Assembly (NCBI RefSeq): GCF_006345805.1
Contig: NC_043003.1
Location: 94,736,001 to 94,800,000 of the forward strand
Direction: 5' to 3'
Length of the DNA stretch: 64,000 nucleotides
Source of the DNA: Octopus sinensis
Taxonomy: Eukaryota
A model generated the notes under the pieces. The model made no database searches, was not told the DNA's origin, and saw only the letters and a program-made list of their open reading frames with translations. The position numbers and the translations under genes were made by a program. The number at the start of each line of letters is the position of its first letter. The first letter of the stretch is position 1. Positions 24,446-36,765 of the stretch are shown one piece after another.

Positions 24446-25265
24446 ATGTATATGTATGTATGTGTGTGTATATGTTTGTGAGTCTGTGTTTGTCCCCCTA
24501 ACATCGCTTGACAACTGATGCTGGTGTGTTTACATCCCCATAACTTAGCGGTTCGGCAAAAAGAGACCGATAGAATAAGTACTAGGCTTACAAAGAACAA
24601 GTCCTGGGGTCGATTTGCTCAACTAAAGTGAGTAATCCTGTGATGGACTGGTGTCCCATCCAGTAGGGAACATATATTCCTCAGAATCCAGGAAACCAGC
24701 CTTATGAGTCCATGGCCCGGAAAGTACCTTTGAGCCTTTATGTGTGTGTGTGTGTGTGTGTGCATATCTATCATCATCATTATCATCATCATTATCATCA
24801 TCATCATCAACATCATCGTTATTTAACATCCACTTTCCATGCTGGCATGAGGTAGACAGCTTGACTGGAGCTGGTAAGCTGGAGGGCTGCACAAAGTTCC
24901 AGTCTGATTTTGGCTTGGTTTCTAGGGCTAGATGCCCTTCCTGATACCTATTCTTTTACTCTTCTATTTGTTTCAGTCATTTGACAGCAGCCATGCTGGA
25001 GCACCACCTTAAGGGGTTTTAGTTGAACAAATCGACCCTAGGATTCATTCTTTGTAAGCCTAGTACTTATCCTATCAGTCTGTTTTGCCAGACCGCTAAG
25101 TTATGGGGACATAAACACACCAACATCGGTTGTGAAGCGATGGTGGGTGGGGGACAAACACAGACACAAACAAACAAATATATACATATATATATAAGTA
25201 CTACACAGTGGGACTGAACCCACAGCCAAAAGGTTGGTAGGCAAGCTTCTTACCACACAGTCACG
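24204..25265. mobile_element. SINE A (+, 24204-24628), SINE C fragment (-, ~24770-24950), SINE A (-, ~24960-25265)
   Basis: Family motifs as above. Confidence 0.8.
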
Positions 25266-26049
25266 CCAAGACATACATGCATATATATCTTCGTGTGTGT
25301 CTGTGCAGATCAATACATACACAAACACACACACACAACACACACACACACACAACATGCACACACACATAACCAAGTTATTAGGATGCTAGTCAAACGT
25401 GGATCATTTCATATCCCCTAATTGCCATTGCATCTATGGCAAGGTGCTAATTTATACTCCCTGTGGTCATATCCACCTAATTCATAGCAGATATGTCTAT
25501 ATATTATAATTTACTGTTGTAGCAACAACACAACTGTAAAACTAAATTCTGTAAAAAAAAAAAAAAGAGACCTTTCAGAAGATGAAGGCTTAAGAACTGA
25601 GCTGACAATACAACTTTACAAATCACCAAATGTCTCAGAGATCTGAGCATAGAACTGATATCAGGGCCATATTTACAAAACACAATAGTTGAATACAGAG
25701 AACAGGTAAAACAATGCTTTTACTACAGTAGAATAACACCTTTTTGGAAGAATCAAATATTAATGAAAAGAGGATTGTGAATTACTGTTTGATCAGCTAA
25801 GCCTCGGAGCTGTTCTTTGATCTATATCTACAAGTGAATTTGGGTCACATCTCACAGAAACAAGAGTTTGAACTGAGTAAAAAAATTGAAGGTCTTGACG
25901 TTTGTGCACATTCTTATGCTTGAATGCAGAAGCTTTTGTAGTAGCACAGATACCTGACATAGAGCTTAATACAAAATTTAGAGTAGATCTATGTATTTCA
26001 TACCATAAAATGTTACATTTACATGTAAGTTTTACTATATGTGAACCCT

Positions 26050-26275
26050 GGCGAGCTGGCAGAACTGTTAGCATGCTGGGCGAAATGCATAGCCGTAAAT
26101 CGTCTGCGGTTACATTCTGAGTTCAAATTCCTCCGAGGTCGACTTTGCCTTTCATCCTTTCAGGGTCGATAAATTAAGTACCAGTTACGCACTGGGGGTT
26201 GATGTAATCGACTTGATTCGTTTGTCTGTCCTTGTTTGTCCCCTCTATGTTTAGCCCCTTGTGGGTAATAAAGAA
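26050..26275 (+). mobile_element. SINE family B variant (similar copy at ~21270-21545)
   Basis: GGCGAGCTGGCAGAA..GAGTTCAAATTCC..AAGTACCAGTTACGCACTGGGG..GTTTAGCCCCTTGTGGGTAATAAAGAAA. Confidence 0.8.
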
Positions 26276-26370
26276 ACATATATGTAACCCTTCTAACCGT
26301 CAGACAAGCTACAAAACTTCTGTGTCACATGTTACAAAATGATATATTGAAACCATTATTAGGTCAACTC

Positions 26371-26415
<45 letters not shown>

Positions 26416-27860
26416 TACACACACATTATATAGGCCATATAAAATCTACCAAAATTATATTTTGCCTGATCTCTGTAAGCATGGAAAAATGGACATTAAA
26501 ATGCTACTGCTATTGCCGATGTGTGTGTAAAAGAGGGGTGTAGGTGTGGGTGTAATCAACTCCATAAGGATAATTTTTATTCTTCATTTATATGAAAAAT
26601 CTGTTTATGTAGCATGTTGTTTTTTTAGCCGTAGGTTTGTCTTAATTGAGAAATCTTATGATCTGGAATTCAAGTAATGATTCGAATCATATTACTTAAT
26701 CTTTTTTTTTTATAAATAGTATATCAAATCCTACATTGTTCTGGTTAAATATGTCTCCTATTCTTATAACAGCAGTGTGTGTTTTGAGAAAAATTCAGCT
26801 GCTATTTCTAGCAGGTCATTCAAGGACAATGAGTCCCTCTTTGCTGTGTCCTGCAATGGTTATGTAACAGATCAAAGTTGCCCAAGTATCATCGATCTGG
26901 CAGCACTCAGAGCGTCATATTTCATGTTCCACATCATAAAACAAGATTGACTTACAAATTACCGACTGACATTTTGCTGTTTATTTAACCCCAGGTTAGC
27001 TCTGATTGACCAAACCTGGGAGCAAAACATTTTTTACTTTTCTAGATAGTACATATAAACCTACATTATTCAATATAGTTTCTCTGTACCTTAAGCACGA
27101 AGTTCTGATTTTAGGAAGATTTAGCTGTTATTAACTGACAATTTTAGTTGCCTTGTTAGCTTGATACTATTCTTCATATTTTATCCAATACACTATTACA
27201 TGTGTCACTTTTGTCATTCACTTAAAAATCTGCTTATTTGAATGGTAATTTTGTTGTAGTTGCTGTTGCTATCGCTGTTGTTGTTGTTGTTACTTCATCC
27301 TAGAATAAGGACTATGATCAAATGAATTCCAATCATGAAATCAAACCATATTAACTGTGACAGACTTTGAATTCTTGATGACCACTGAGATCCTAAATGC
27401 AAGATAAACAAGGAAATTATGCCAATATCAAATTTGATAGATTTAGAATATATATTATCACCATGAACAACATTTTAATGCTCGTTTTTCTATGCTTGCA
27501 TGGATCAGGTGAAACTTACTGAGGCAGATTTTCTATGGTCAGATGTTTTTTTTTTTAGCTCAGACCCATATCTATTTCTAAGTTATGTAATATTTCCCCA
27601 GAACCAGACAAGCTTTTATTTAATCGAGCTTGCATGAACAGTGATGCAAGCACTGTCAATATGTGGAGACATCAAGATGGCAAGTTGGCAGAAACGCTAG
27701 CATGTCTTTACGTTCTGAGTTCAAATTCTGCAAAGTGATTTGTTTATAGTGATCAAATGTATGTGGTGGGCATTAGCTCACTCCCTCGATCAAATAAACA
27801 TTGTCTAAACAAGTATACAGTGTACCTACACATAGGGTGTCAAAGTGATATATATATATA

Positions 27861-27892
<32 letters not shown>

Positions 27893-27894
<2 letters not shown>

Positions 27895-28450
27895 ATAGAT
27901 GAATCACTACCTGATCTACAGAAGAAATTTCAGGTGTAGAAGCAAAGCTTGGAATCTAAGCGGCCTTGGAGTTAATGCAGCAAAAACCAAAATCTTTGTA
28001 AGTAGGAAAACAGACAAATCACAAGTCCCCTCAGAGAGATGGCCCTGCTTGATATGTAAGCAGGGTGGTGGTAGAAACTCCACACAGCGTACCCAGTGCA
28101 AGTTCTGGACACATAAGAGGTGTAGCAGTATCACAGGATGGTTAATGTATAAAATAGTATTTGTGTGAAGCAAATGTGTAGGTACCATAAGCACTAAATA
28201 TGTTCAGACAATAGACTCCCTCAAATGCTTAGCGGGGATCATTAGACAGCTTCTGGTAGCTAGGCGACCAAGTTAACAATGGTGGAGGATTTCTGAAAAT
28301 GTAGTTGCTAGAATGAGAATGGACTAGGAAAAGTTCAGGGAGCTTCTACCTTTATTGGAAACTAAAGTCCTTTCTGTCAGAGTGAAACGCAGATTGTATG
28401 ATGCTTGTGCATGTACAGTTATGCCACATGGCAGTGAAATGTGTGTGTAC
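27893..28450 (+). mobile_element. Decayed RTE-X-type reverse transcriptase, C-terminal part with Cys/His insert
   Basis: ESLPDLQKKFQV, LGVNAAKTK, WPCLICKQG..QCKFWTHKRCS, KFRELLPLL, HGSE. Confidence 0.8.
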
Positions 28451-28465
28451 CATTGGCAATTTTTT

Positions 28466-28640
28466 TTCCTCCGTCTTCCTTTCTTTGGATCTTTCCTTTT
28501 CCTAGGTTTCTGACGAAGAGCTCCGCTCAAAACATTAAACCTTCCTTCTTTCCTTCTTTCCTGAGCGTCCAATAATACTATACTTGTTCCACGTCCTTGC
28601 GTTGTGTTTTCTCTTTGTGTTTTCATGTTTGGATTAACTA
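28466..28640 (+). mobile_element. ~170 bp element ending in (TA)n with a decayed hammerhead fold (second copy 36536-36700)
   Basis: AGGTTT CTGACGA A GAGC tcc GCTC AAAAC ATT AAACCT; the core GAAA reads AAAA. Confidence 0.65.
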
Positions 28641-28654
28641 TATATATATATATA

Positions 28655-29060
28655 ATATAAATTGGACATGGGCGATCATTGTATTCTTTCTTGTCTTGAG
28701 GTTCACAGTCAAACGGCAGGGTGGATTTGCATAAAAAATGGCACACATGTGGAGACAGGTGCACAGATTGGAATGCAGTTTGTACTTTTTTTCTAACCCC
28801 CATACTTATTGAGAAAATCGATTAAAACGTTTTCTAATGGAATTTCCCTCTTTCTTTTGCCATTAAAACAACCAGCTGCTTAGAAGCTGTTTTCTGACGG
28901 GGCGTGGGTCAAGAAATTTTCATATAGCTGGAGGCTCCAATCAAAACAAGGGACCCGAAATGATAAGGTTGACAAATGCTGTTATAGATTATGCCTAACT
29001 GAAAATGATCACAGCCACATCATCCAAACAGACCAGGTGAAACCAGGCTTAGCTGCTAGT
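28655..29060 (-). mobile_element. Helitron/Helentron-type non-autonomous element
   Basis: The minus strand starts ACTAGCAGCTAAGCCTGGTTTCACCTGG and ends TTTATATTATATA; same terminal style as 29486 and 45239. Confidence 0.45.
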
Positions 29061-29485
29061 ATATATATATATATATACACATACACAACAGTCACCTTAA
29101 CTAAATACTATTGCATGTTTTGTTTAGATATTTCACTGAAGGTCAAAGAAAAGAACACTTGCCTGAGGAACTGCACAGTGGGACTGAACCTGAAACCACA
29201 TAATTGTGAAGGAAGCATCATTAATCACATAACCATGCCTGCACTATACTTTATTAAATGTGTATGAGTGTATGTGTTTGTGACTACATGTGTGTGTGAT
29301 TGTGTGTATTTTCAGGTCATGTGGTTTTACTATATGAATGTAATGAGAGTTTTGCCACTGAGGGAGTTCGTTTCTGATGTATAATGTCAGAGGAAGTCAC
29401 TCTAAAACCTTTTATCTTTTCATTGTACTTTCAAGAAGGAGTGAAGTCCTTTTAGTTGAAATATAGATTTAAATTTCATAAACAT

Positions 29486-29794
29486 ACAAGCAGTATCGCC
29501 CGGCGTTGCTCGGGTTTGTAAGGGAAATAACTATATAAGCATTTTTAGAGAGTTACTTCCCTTATATAAACCGAGCAAAAAATGCATTAAAAATCTTTTA
29601 AAATGATGGTAATTTTTTTTAAATCGTAGACTCATCGTAGACGTGCGCTAATACCCAGAAGGGCTCGATATGAATCATGGCTATAAGATACCTGCTTTAG
29701 GTTGAACTGCACCGCAAAATGTGGGAGTAGTTAGGAATCCAAATCGGAGTAAACAGACTCTCACACACACAACTTCAGTTTTATATATAAAGAT
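29486..29794 (+). mobile_element. Helitron/Helentron-type non-autonomous element
   Basis: Starts AC(A)AGCAGTATCGCCCGGCGTTGCTCGGG; has a subterminal ACAGAC-(CA)n; ends TTTTATATATAAAGAT. Confidence 0.55.
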
Positions 29795-30099
29795 TTTCTA
29801 GATGTATTACAAATATTTATTCATATGAAACTAATGTTTCACTCTATTGTTTCTCAGATTTTCCTTATCTGGACAGTTGTTCAAGTGAAATAAAATGAAA
29901 AGTTTAAAATAGTATTAGGAAAAGGTGTTGCATATGTCTATGCTGTTGATTATCTCCAGTCATATGGTATTAATGTGGTCAGTGAATTTGATAGAACTCT
30001 AGATAGAGGGAAATAACTGCCAATTAACCTGAGGCTTTAGTTGCTTGACTTTACTTGGAAGATCATTATGTATATTTATTTTAAGAAGAGCTGTTCACA

Positions 30100-30990
30100 T
30101 CCTTTAATTTGAAAAAAAAATTATCTAGCTTGGATTTCAAATGGGTCTAGTAAAGAGATATATTTGGGAAATGAAAGACTGAATTTTCTTCTGTGTCTTA
30201 TTTACTTTGACTCAAAATATTGATTAGTATCACAAGCATTTTCTGCAATACATAAATTGCATCTATTTTCCCCATCATTACATAGCATAACTTTCTCAAC
30301 AATGTTCTCTTTTATAGTAATATCACTGACTCCTCTGTCTGCAAGTTTCCATATATATATATATATTGGGGTAATGATGTATGAATGAATAAGCTGTGTA
30401 TATTGGGATTTGAAGATGTTTTCTATCAACACTACGTATTCCATTTTAAAATTATGTTTTGTTTTCTTTTACATCAGCTATCTACATGAACACCTTTGAT
30501 AGACATTTTCCATTGGAAGGATAGCTTAATGTGTTTTCACAGTTGCATTCACTACTGGGGAAAAATGGTGTTTTTGTGGTTTTTATTATAGTGGAAACTA
30601 TAGCCAGATTTTATGGAGTTCCCATTAAATATATTGTGGCATTTGTGTGTAATAGAGAAACATACGTTTATCAATGATAGGAAATTTCTTGCTATATTTG
30701 TAATTATAGTTATGATATATTGGAGGCTATACCAGATTATCTTCATATTTCTGTAGTTAATGATTTTGTATAAGCTGTTCATTGTTCTTAAGTTTATCTT
30801 TGAATCCATATTGTACTTAAGCTATATTATAGGAAAACAATTTATTGAATATTTTCTTATCTCATAAGTTTCATATTTGTCTGCTAATGTTATCTGTCAT
30901 CCATAAAATGAGCAATGATAAGGTTAGAATATTTTTAATAACATATTAGAATAGATTGATCTAAAAATTAAAATAAAAGCAAACTTAAAA
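30100..30990 (-). pseudogene. Penelope-like element ORF remnant (RT thumb-linker plus GIY-YIG endonuclease)
   Basis: KIIWYSLQYIITIITNIARNFLSLINVCFSITHKCHNIFNGNSIKSGYS (resembles PLE linker IIWFNPPY..HKIFNRN..VSYS), ECNC..NGKCL, EYVVLIENIFKSQY (YIG-like), RCNLCIAE..IRHRRKFSL. Confidence 0.75.
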
Positions 30991-31214
30991 ACAAACTTTA
31001 AAACATATACATATTTTCATTACCAAAAACCAAACGAATACACTAATAAGAATTAAATATTATAACACATATCACAAATAACTTTAACAGCCAAATATCA
31101 AATATATTATTAGATAAGAAGTATTCAATAAAGACACCATCCACCTTTCCATAATATTGGTTATGTGCATGGAAGTTTGTGTGTTATATATGTATTTTTA
31201 TTTAAATGTTGTGT

Positions 31215-31660
31215 GTGTGGGGGGGGGGTGATGCACTGCTTCTGTACAAAGTGTGATATTACCTGGTGGTAATAACATGGGTATTGAATGCATAGCTTGA
31301 TGTGTGAAAGTTGGTAAGAAATTAAGTAGGTGTGCTTTACTAGATGCGTAATACTAGCGAGCATGACGGACAGCACAAATGCTTAAGAGAACAAGCAATT
31401 CTGTATAAAATGAATTTGAGGTAGTGCCCGTTGGAAGATGATAAATGGGGTAAAGAAGTGCCAAGAAATCCAAGTGGGAGGAAGCTGCAGAGAATGAAGA
31501 CCAAGAAATACATGATAGAAGTAATGAAAGCTGATTTCTAGAGGCTTAACCACACAATGGAGATGACAAAGGATTGGCAAGAAATTGTGTTGAATAAGAC
31601 CCATCCACTACTTATAAGAATGGGAAAATTAACATAAAGTGTTGTTGATGATGATGATGA
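31215..31660 (+). mobile_element. Old RTE-X-type LINE 3' end with (GAT)n tail
   Basis: KKCQEIQVGGSC..RPR..EVMKAD..MEMTKD followed by (GAT)n. Confidence 0.6.
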
Positions 31661-31682
31661 TAACGTGTATTATGTGTGTATG

Positions 31683-31728
<46 letters not shown>

Positions 31729-31854
31729 CCAAATATTTTTATGCTAGAGGGCAAGGAGAAATATTGATCTCCTTACATTCATGTTTACTGCCTCTGTCCT
31801 TTTCTCTCACACCACTTCTCTGTCTCTTATCTAAATCTTCCTTCTCTCTCTCTG

Positions 31855-31908
<54 letters not shown>

Positions 31909-32040
31909 CCGTGTTTCTCTGACATCCTGACATCAACACTAATTCAGCCAACACTGCATTATACACACACACTCACAACCACAAATATACGATACACAAA
32001 CACACACGTGTGTATGTGTGTGTATCAATATATATGTGTG

Positions 32041-32092
<52 letters not shown>

Positions 32093-33470
32093 TACATACA
32101 CACACAGATACGTGATTGGTTAAATATATACATATATGTATATTTATGTATTTGGTTATTCTTCTAGGATCGTAAACAATTCAGAGAAAGCGATATTGTC
32201 AACAGGTTTGCTACTAAATTATTATTATCAGTAATGCTACCAGACTTTATGTCTTCAGCCAACATAGTTTAGCATCAATCATTGTTGTCAGAAATCTTTG
32301 TTATCAGCTTCAAGCCATTCCACTCTTTTGTAGACAAACAACCCAGAGATCTCACTCTGCATCAACCACCATAGACTGCGCAGAATAACTTCAACAAGGA
32401 AACAAACAAAAGGTTGTTATAGATAGGTTATTATTTAATCAATTTAGTTTTTTTAAACATATCTAGATAGCAATGCCATGAGTAATGTGTTGGGTTTTTT
32501 TTTTCCTTTTGTTTAAATGTTCTATTTACTTCATGCAAACACAATATATAGACTTAATTGCTTGACATATTCTTAACTAGAAATATCCACCAATAAGTAA
32601 TTAGAGCCATCGATTCAGAGCATTTGAACTCAGCAATTCAAGTTCACAAAGCACTCATGAATTTTACAGTGCCCCCACCTAACCTTTTTATTTAGAGACC
32701 AACTCACTTAAATTACATTGTGAACATATATAATAAATAGCAATAGAAGCAAAATATTCTTGCTTCTGTATAAATTACAGATCTTGCGTCTAATTAAATA
32801 GCGAATTGTTTTGAAGTAATGCTAATTAGTATGAAGATCTGTCTCTCTTTAAGGTGTCAGTTTGATAGACATTTCTCTACCCACTCAGTAACAGTAAATG
32901 ATAAACTGCTATCATATCAGCTTAACTAAAGCTGAATCCAATAAAAGACTATAATTATAAATTTTGTTTCCAGATGTGTTTCCTTTTATAAGCAGAATCT
33001 CCATTTGTATCTTTGTGATTTGGCAAAAAGGACTGAATAAATAAGCACCAGACTCAAAAAAAGTAAGAACTGGGGTCACTTTATTCAGCTAAACCCTTCA
33101 AGGTGATGCCCCAGTGTAATAATTGAAACAAGTAAAAGATCAAAGGTAAAAGACCTGAACATCTCTGTGATGCTACTAAGGAATTATTTTACAACCAGGT
33201 ACCTTTCCTGATGCTAACCCTTGCCTGTTTTTCAAATAAGGAGCCTCTTATTCATTTATTCTTTTACTTGGTTCAGTCATTTGACTGAGGCCATGTTGGG
33301 GCACTACCTTGGAGAATTTTTTTAGACCAACAAATAGACCTCAGTACTTATTTTTAAGCTGTGTACTTATTCTATTGGCGTCTTTTGTTGAACTGCTAGG
33401 TTATTGGGACATAAACACACCAATACGGGTTATCAAGCGATGGTGGAGGACAAACACAGACACATACACC

Positions 33471-33510
<40 letters not shown>

Positions 33511-33515
33511 CCGTC

Positions 33516-33554
<39 letters not shown>

Positions 33555-33885
33555 TCGTCATCATCATCATGAACAACATTTAATGTCTGTTTCCAGCCTG
33601 AAGTTATAGTAGAAGACATTACCCAAGGTAGCACAATGTGGGGCTGAACCTGGAACCATTTAGTTGGGAAGAAAACTTCTTACTACACAGCCATGTTGCT
33701 TATACTATGTATTTTCTAAAGCCTCGCGTTAACCTATACCTCATCAGAAAACTATGTAGACGAAAACTGTAGTTCAAAAAATACAGCTTTGGCACACGTT
33801 GAGAAGAATTATATTAAGGATATATGTGTCTGTAGCACACTCATTTCTTTACACCTCTATTCAGGAGCAGGTAAATAGTTTATTA

Positions 33886-34789
33886 CAAGGGGGTACCCAA
33901 AAGTAACCAGAAACGTTCTCTGTAATTCCAGCTTCTGCTACTAGAAGTCACTTGATGCGACCCTCAGGCATCAGTGTGCTGACTGGCATTGTCCAGTGAG
34001 GTCATACTGCTACATGCTGCGTCTTTGTTTTGCATTGCTTCTCCCATGTTTGTCAATTTTTGCTATGGCTGAAACAAAGGAACAGTGTGCTTCCATGAAA
34101 TTCTATTTTCTGTTGGGGAAAACAGCAGTTGAAACATTTCTCATGATTCAAACAGCTTACAGGGCCACTGCCATGAACAAAACACAAGTTTATAAGTGGT
34201 TTTCATGCTTTTAGAATGGTCACTTATCGCTTGAGGGTTAACCTCGTTCAGGGCAACTGTACACCTCTCAAATGAATGAAAACATTATGAAAATTCCTGA
34301 ACTGATCTTGGAAGACCGTCACCGAACAATTGATGAACTTGTTGATATGACTGGTGTATTCTGGTGCTCCTGCAATCGAATTTTGAGTGAGGAACTGCAA
34401 ATGAAAGGAGTTGCAGCAAAATTTGTGCCTTGCTTGCTTACAGAAAATCAAAAGCAGTCGTGACTGAATGCATATTGACCATTGAACTGAATGCATATTG
34501 TCAAGTGAAAGAAGTTGATCCTGACCTTTTTTTGAAGGTTATCACTTGTGATGAAAGCTGGTGATACAGAATTTGCAGATGTGAAAGAGGTGAAGTAAAA
34601 AAACAAGGAGGGGTTAAAAGGCATCGCTTCGCAAGAGTTCTAGCACTGCTTCCAACAGTGGTAAACACGTCTGTACTGATGCATTGCTTCAGATGGAGAA
34701 TACTTTGAAGGCGATAATAGTGTAAACATGTAAAATTAAGTGAATGAAATAATATTGCAAAATTCCAGTTTCTTTTGGGTACCCTTTTG
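33886..34789 (+). mobile_element. Internally deleted mariner with both TIRs and TA target duplication
   Basis: TA|CAAGGGGGTACCCAAAAGTAAC..GTTTCTTTTGGGTACCCTTTTG|TA. MAETKEQCASMKFYFLLGKTAVET..AAKFVPCLL..VITCDESW then jumps directly to FADVKEV..CIASDGEYFEGD. Confidence 0.9.
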
Positions 34790-35149
34790 TAAACAACTGA
34801 ATATTCATCATCAAAGGACAGAGATCCACTACTGTGTGTGTGTGTCTGCTTCTATGCATGCTTGTATGCATGCGTGTGTGTCTATGCATATGTATGTATG
34901 CACATGTATGTGTGTGCATGTGTATTTATGTATTTATTGAACAACATAACAGGCAAACTATTTGAAAGATATGAATTATCCATGTGATTTTGTAATTTTT
35001 TTATAATTTGTAATAGAACAATCCAGGATAATATAATTATCACCAGTCCACAACACTTTGATCTGTAACTACTTTGATAACTGTCAATGCATGAAACTCT
35101 CATCACTTGAATCACTCTGTTACTTCTGCTATATATATATATATATACA

Positions 35150-35420
35150 ATTTAAAAATAGGATAAAATCTTCATAAGAATTTATCAAGTAGTTAGCGTG
35201 AAAAACCTCATAAGGGAAAAAAAGCCATCGATTTTTTCCTTTAAATATATTTATTTATATTATATAGAGGGCATTATTACACATAGATGCCTCACGCTAG
35301 GAGGGACTCTTAAAGTCAAAACTATTAAAATAAATATTTATTTTAGTAGTTTTGACTTTAAGAGTCCCTCCTAGCATGAGGCATCTATGTGTAATAGTAC
35401 CCTATATATAATATAAATAT
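35150..35420. mobile_element. Insertion in (TA)n ending in a ~120-170 bp perfect fold-back palindrome
   Basis: Arms 35275-35335 and 35336-35396 have 2 mismatches and no loop. The 5' part AGGATAAAATC..ATCAAGTAGTTAGCGTG resembles 63043 onward. Confidence 0.7.
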
Positions 35421-35599
35421 ATATATATATATATATATGGCTGCCTATACCACAGGCACAGACCAATGTTGGCTTAGCTGGCTGTAACTTTGAAGACACT
35501 GTCAATACTGTTTTTGTTAAAGAATAATAAATTTGTAACCATGGCCTATGCCAGTGCAGCATAACCGACCAATTTAAGAGTACCTTTTAATCATTGGGC

Positions 35600-36065
35600 A
35601 ATAAACTATAGTTGTGAAGACCGGTGACATGTAAAAAGCACCATTCGAGCATGGTCGATGCCAGTGCCACCTGACTGGTCCCGTCCCAGTGGCACATCAA
35701 AAGTACTATTCGAGCATGTTCGATGCCAGTGCCAGCTGACTGGCCCATGAGGTCGCAAGCAAAAAGCACCATTCGAAGGTGGTCATTGCCTGTGCCGCTT
35801 GACTGGCTCCCATGCCGGTGGCACATAAAAAGCACCATTCAAGCATGGTTGATGCCAGTACTGCCTGACTGGCCCTTGTGTCGGTGGCACGTAGAAAAGC
35901 ACCCACTACACTCTTTGAGTGGTTGGCGTTAGCAAGGCATCAAGCCGTAGAAACTTTGCCAGAACAGATTGGAGCCTGGTTCAGCCTTCTGGCTTCCCAG
36001 CCCTCAGTCAAACCGTCCAACCCATGCCAGCATCGGAAGCAGATGTTAAACGACAATAATAATGA
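35600..36065 (+). mobile_element. SINE family C with internal ~62 bp tandem units
   Basis: About 5 units ending GTAAAAAGCACC, then GAGTGGTTGGCGTTAG..AACCCATGCCAGCATCGGAAGC and a tail. Confidence 0.8.
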
Positions 36066-36243
36066 TGAAAAGTATTTTGCATTAATCCTTCAGATTAATG
36101 TGAAAACTATTTTAATTGTAACTGAACAAAAGAACAAACATTATATGTGTGTCATTGTGTATGTGAATGTATGTACATGTGTGTGTGAGTATGTGTGTGT
36201 ATATGAGTGGAAGCAATATGTATATATGTTTATGTATAAATAT

Positions 36244-36291
<48 letters not shown>

Positions 36292-36408
36292 TATATATAT
36301 ACCTATAATATATATATATATACCATATAATATATATATAATATATATATATATAATATATATATTTATGGTATATATATATATATATATATTATACCAT
36401 ATAATATA

Positions 36409-36448
<40 letters not shown>

Positions 36449-36456
36449 TATATATA

Positions 36457-36500
<44 letters not shown>

Positions 36501-36535
36501 TATATATATTATATATATATATATACATATATATA

Positions 36536-36700
36536 TCCTCTGTCTTCCCTTCTCTGGATCTTTCCTTCTCCTATGTTCCGACGAAGAGCTCCGCTCAAAA
36601 CATTAAACCCTCCTTCTTTCCTGAGCGTCCAATAATACTATATTTGTTCCACGTCCTCGTGTTGTTGTGTTTTTTTGTGCTTTCATGCTTGGATTAACTA
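36536..36700 (+). mobile_element. Second copy of the 28466 element in (TA)n
   Basis: CCGACGA A GAGC tcc GCTC AAAAC ATT AAACCC; both flanks are (TA)n. Confidence 0.7.
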
Positions 36701-36723
36701 ATTATATATATATATTATATATA

Positions 36724-36765
<42 letters not shown>

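Noticed and set aside
25560-25715. Possible exon TTTCAG|AAGATG..AACAG|GTAAAA
   Set aside because: Stops in all three frames and the acceptor is weak.
31215-31660. Third collinear piece of the split RTE-X element
   Set aside because: It appears to overlap fragment 2 in protein coordinates and is more diverged, so it is a separate copy.
35587-36285. Overlapping ORFs with repeated peptide motifs (also 38995-39408 and 50371-50873)
   Set aside because: These are read-through of the CpG-rich tandem units of SINE family C, open in several frames on both strands.
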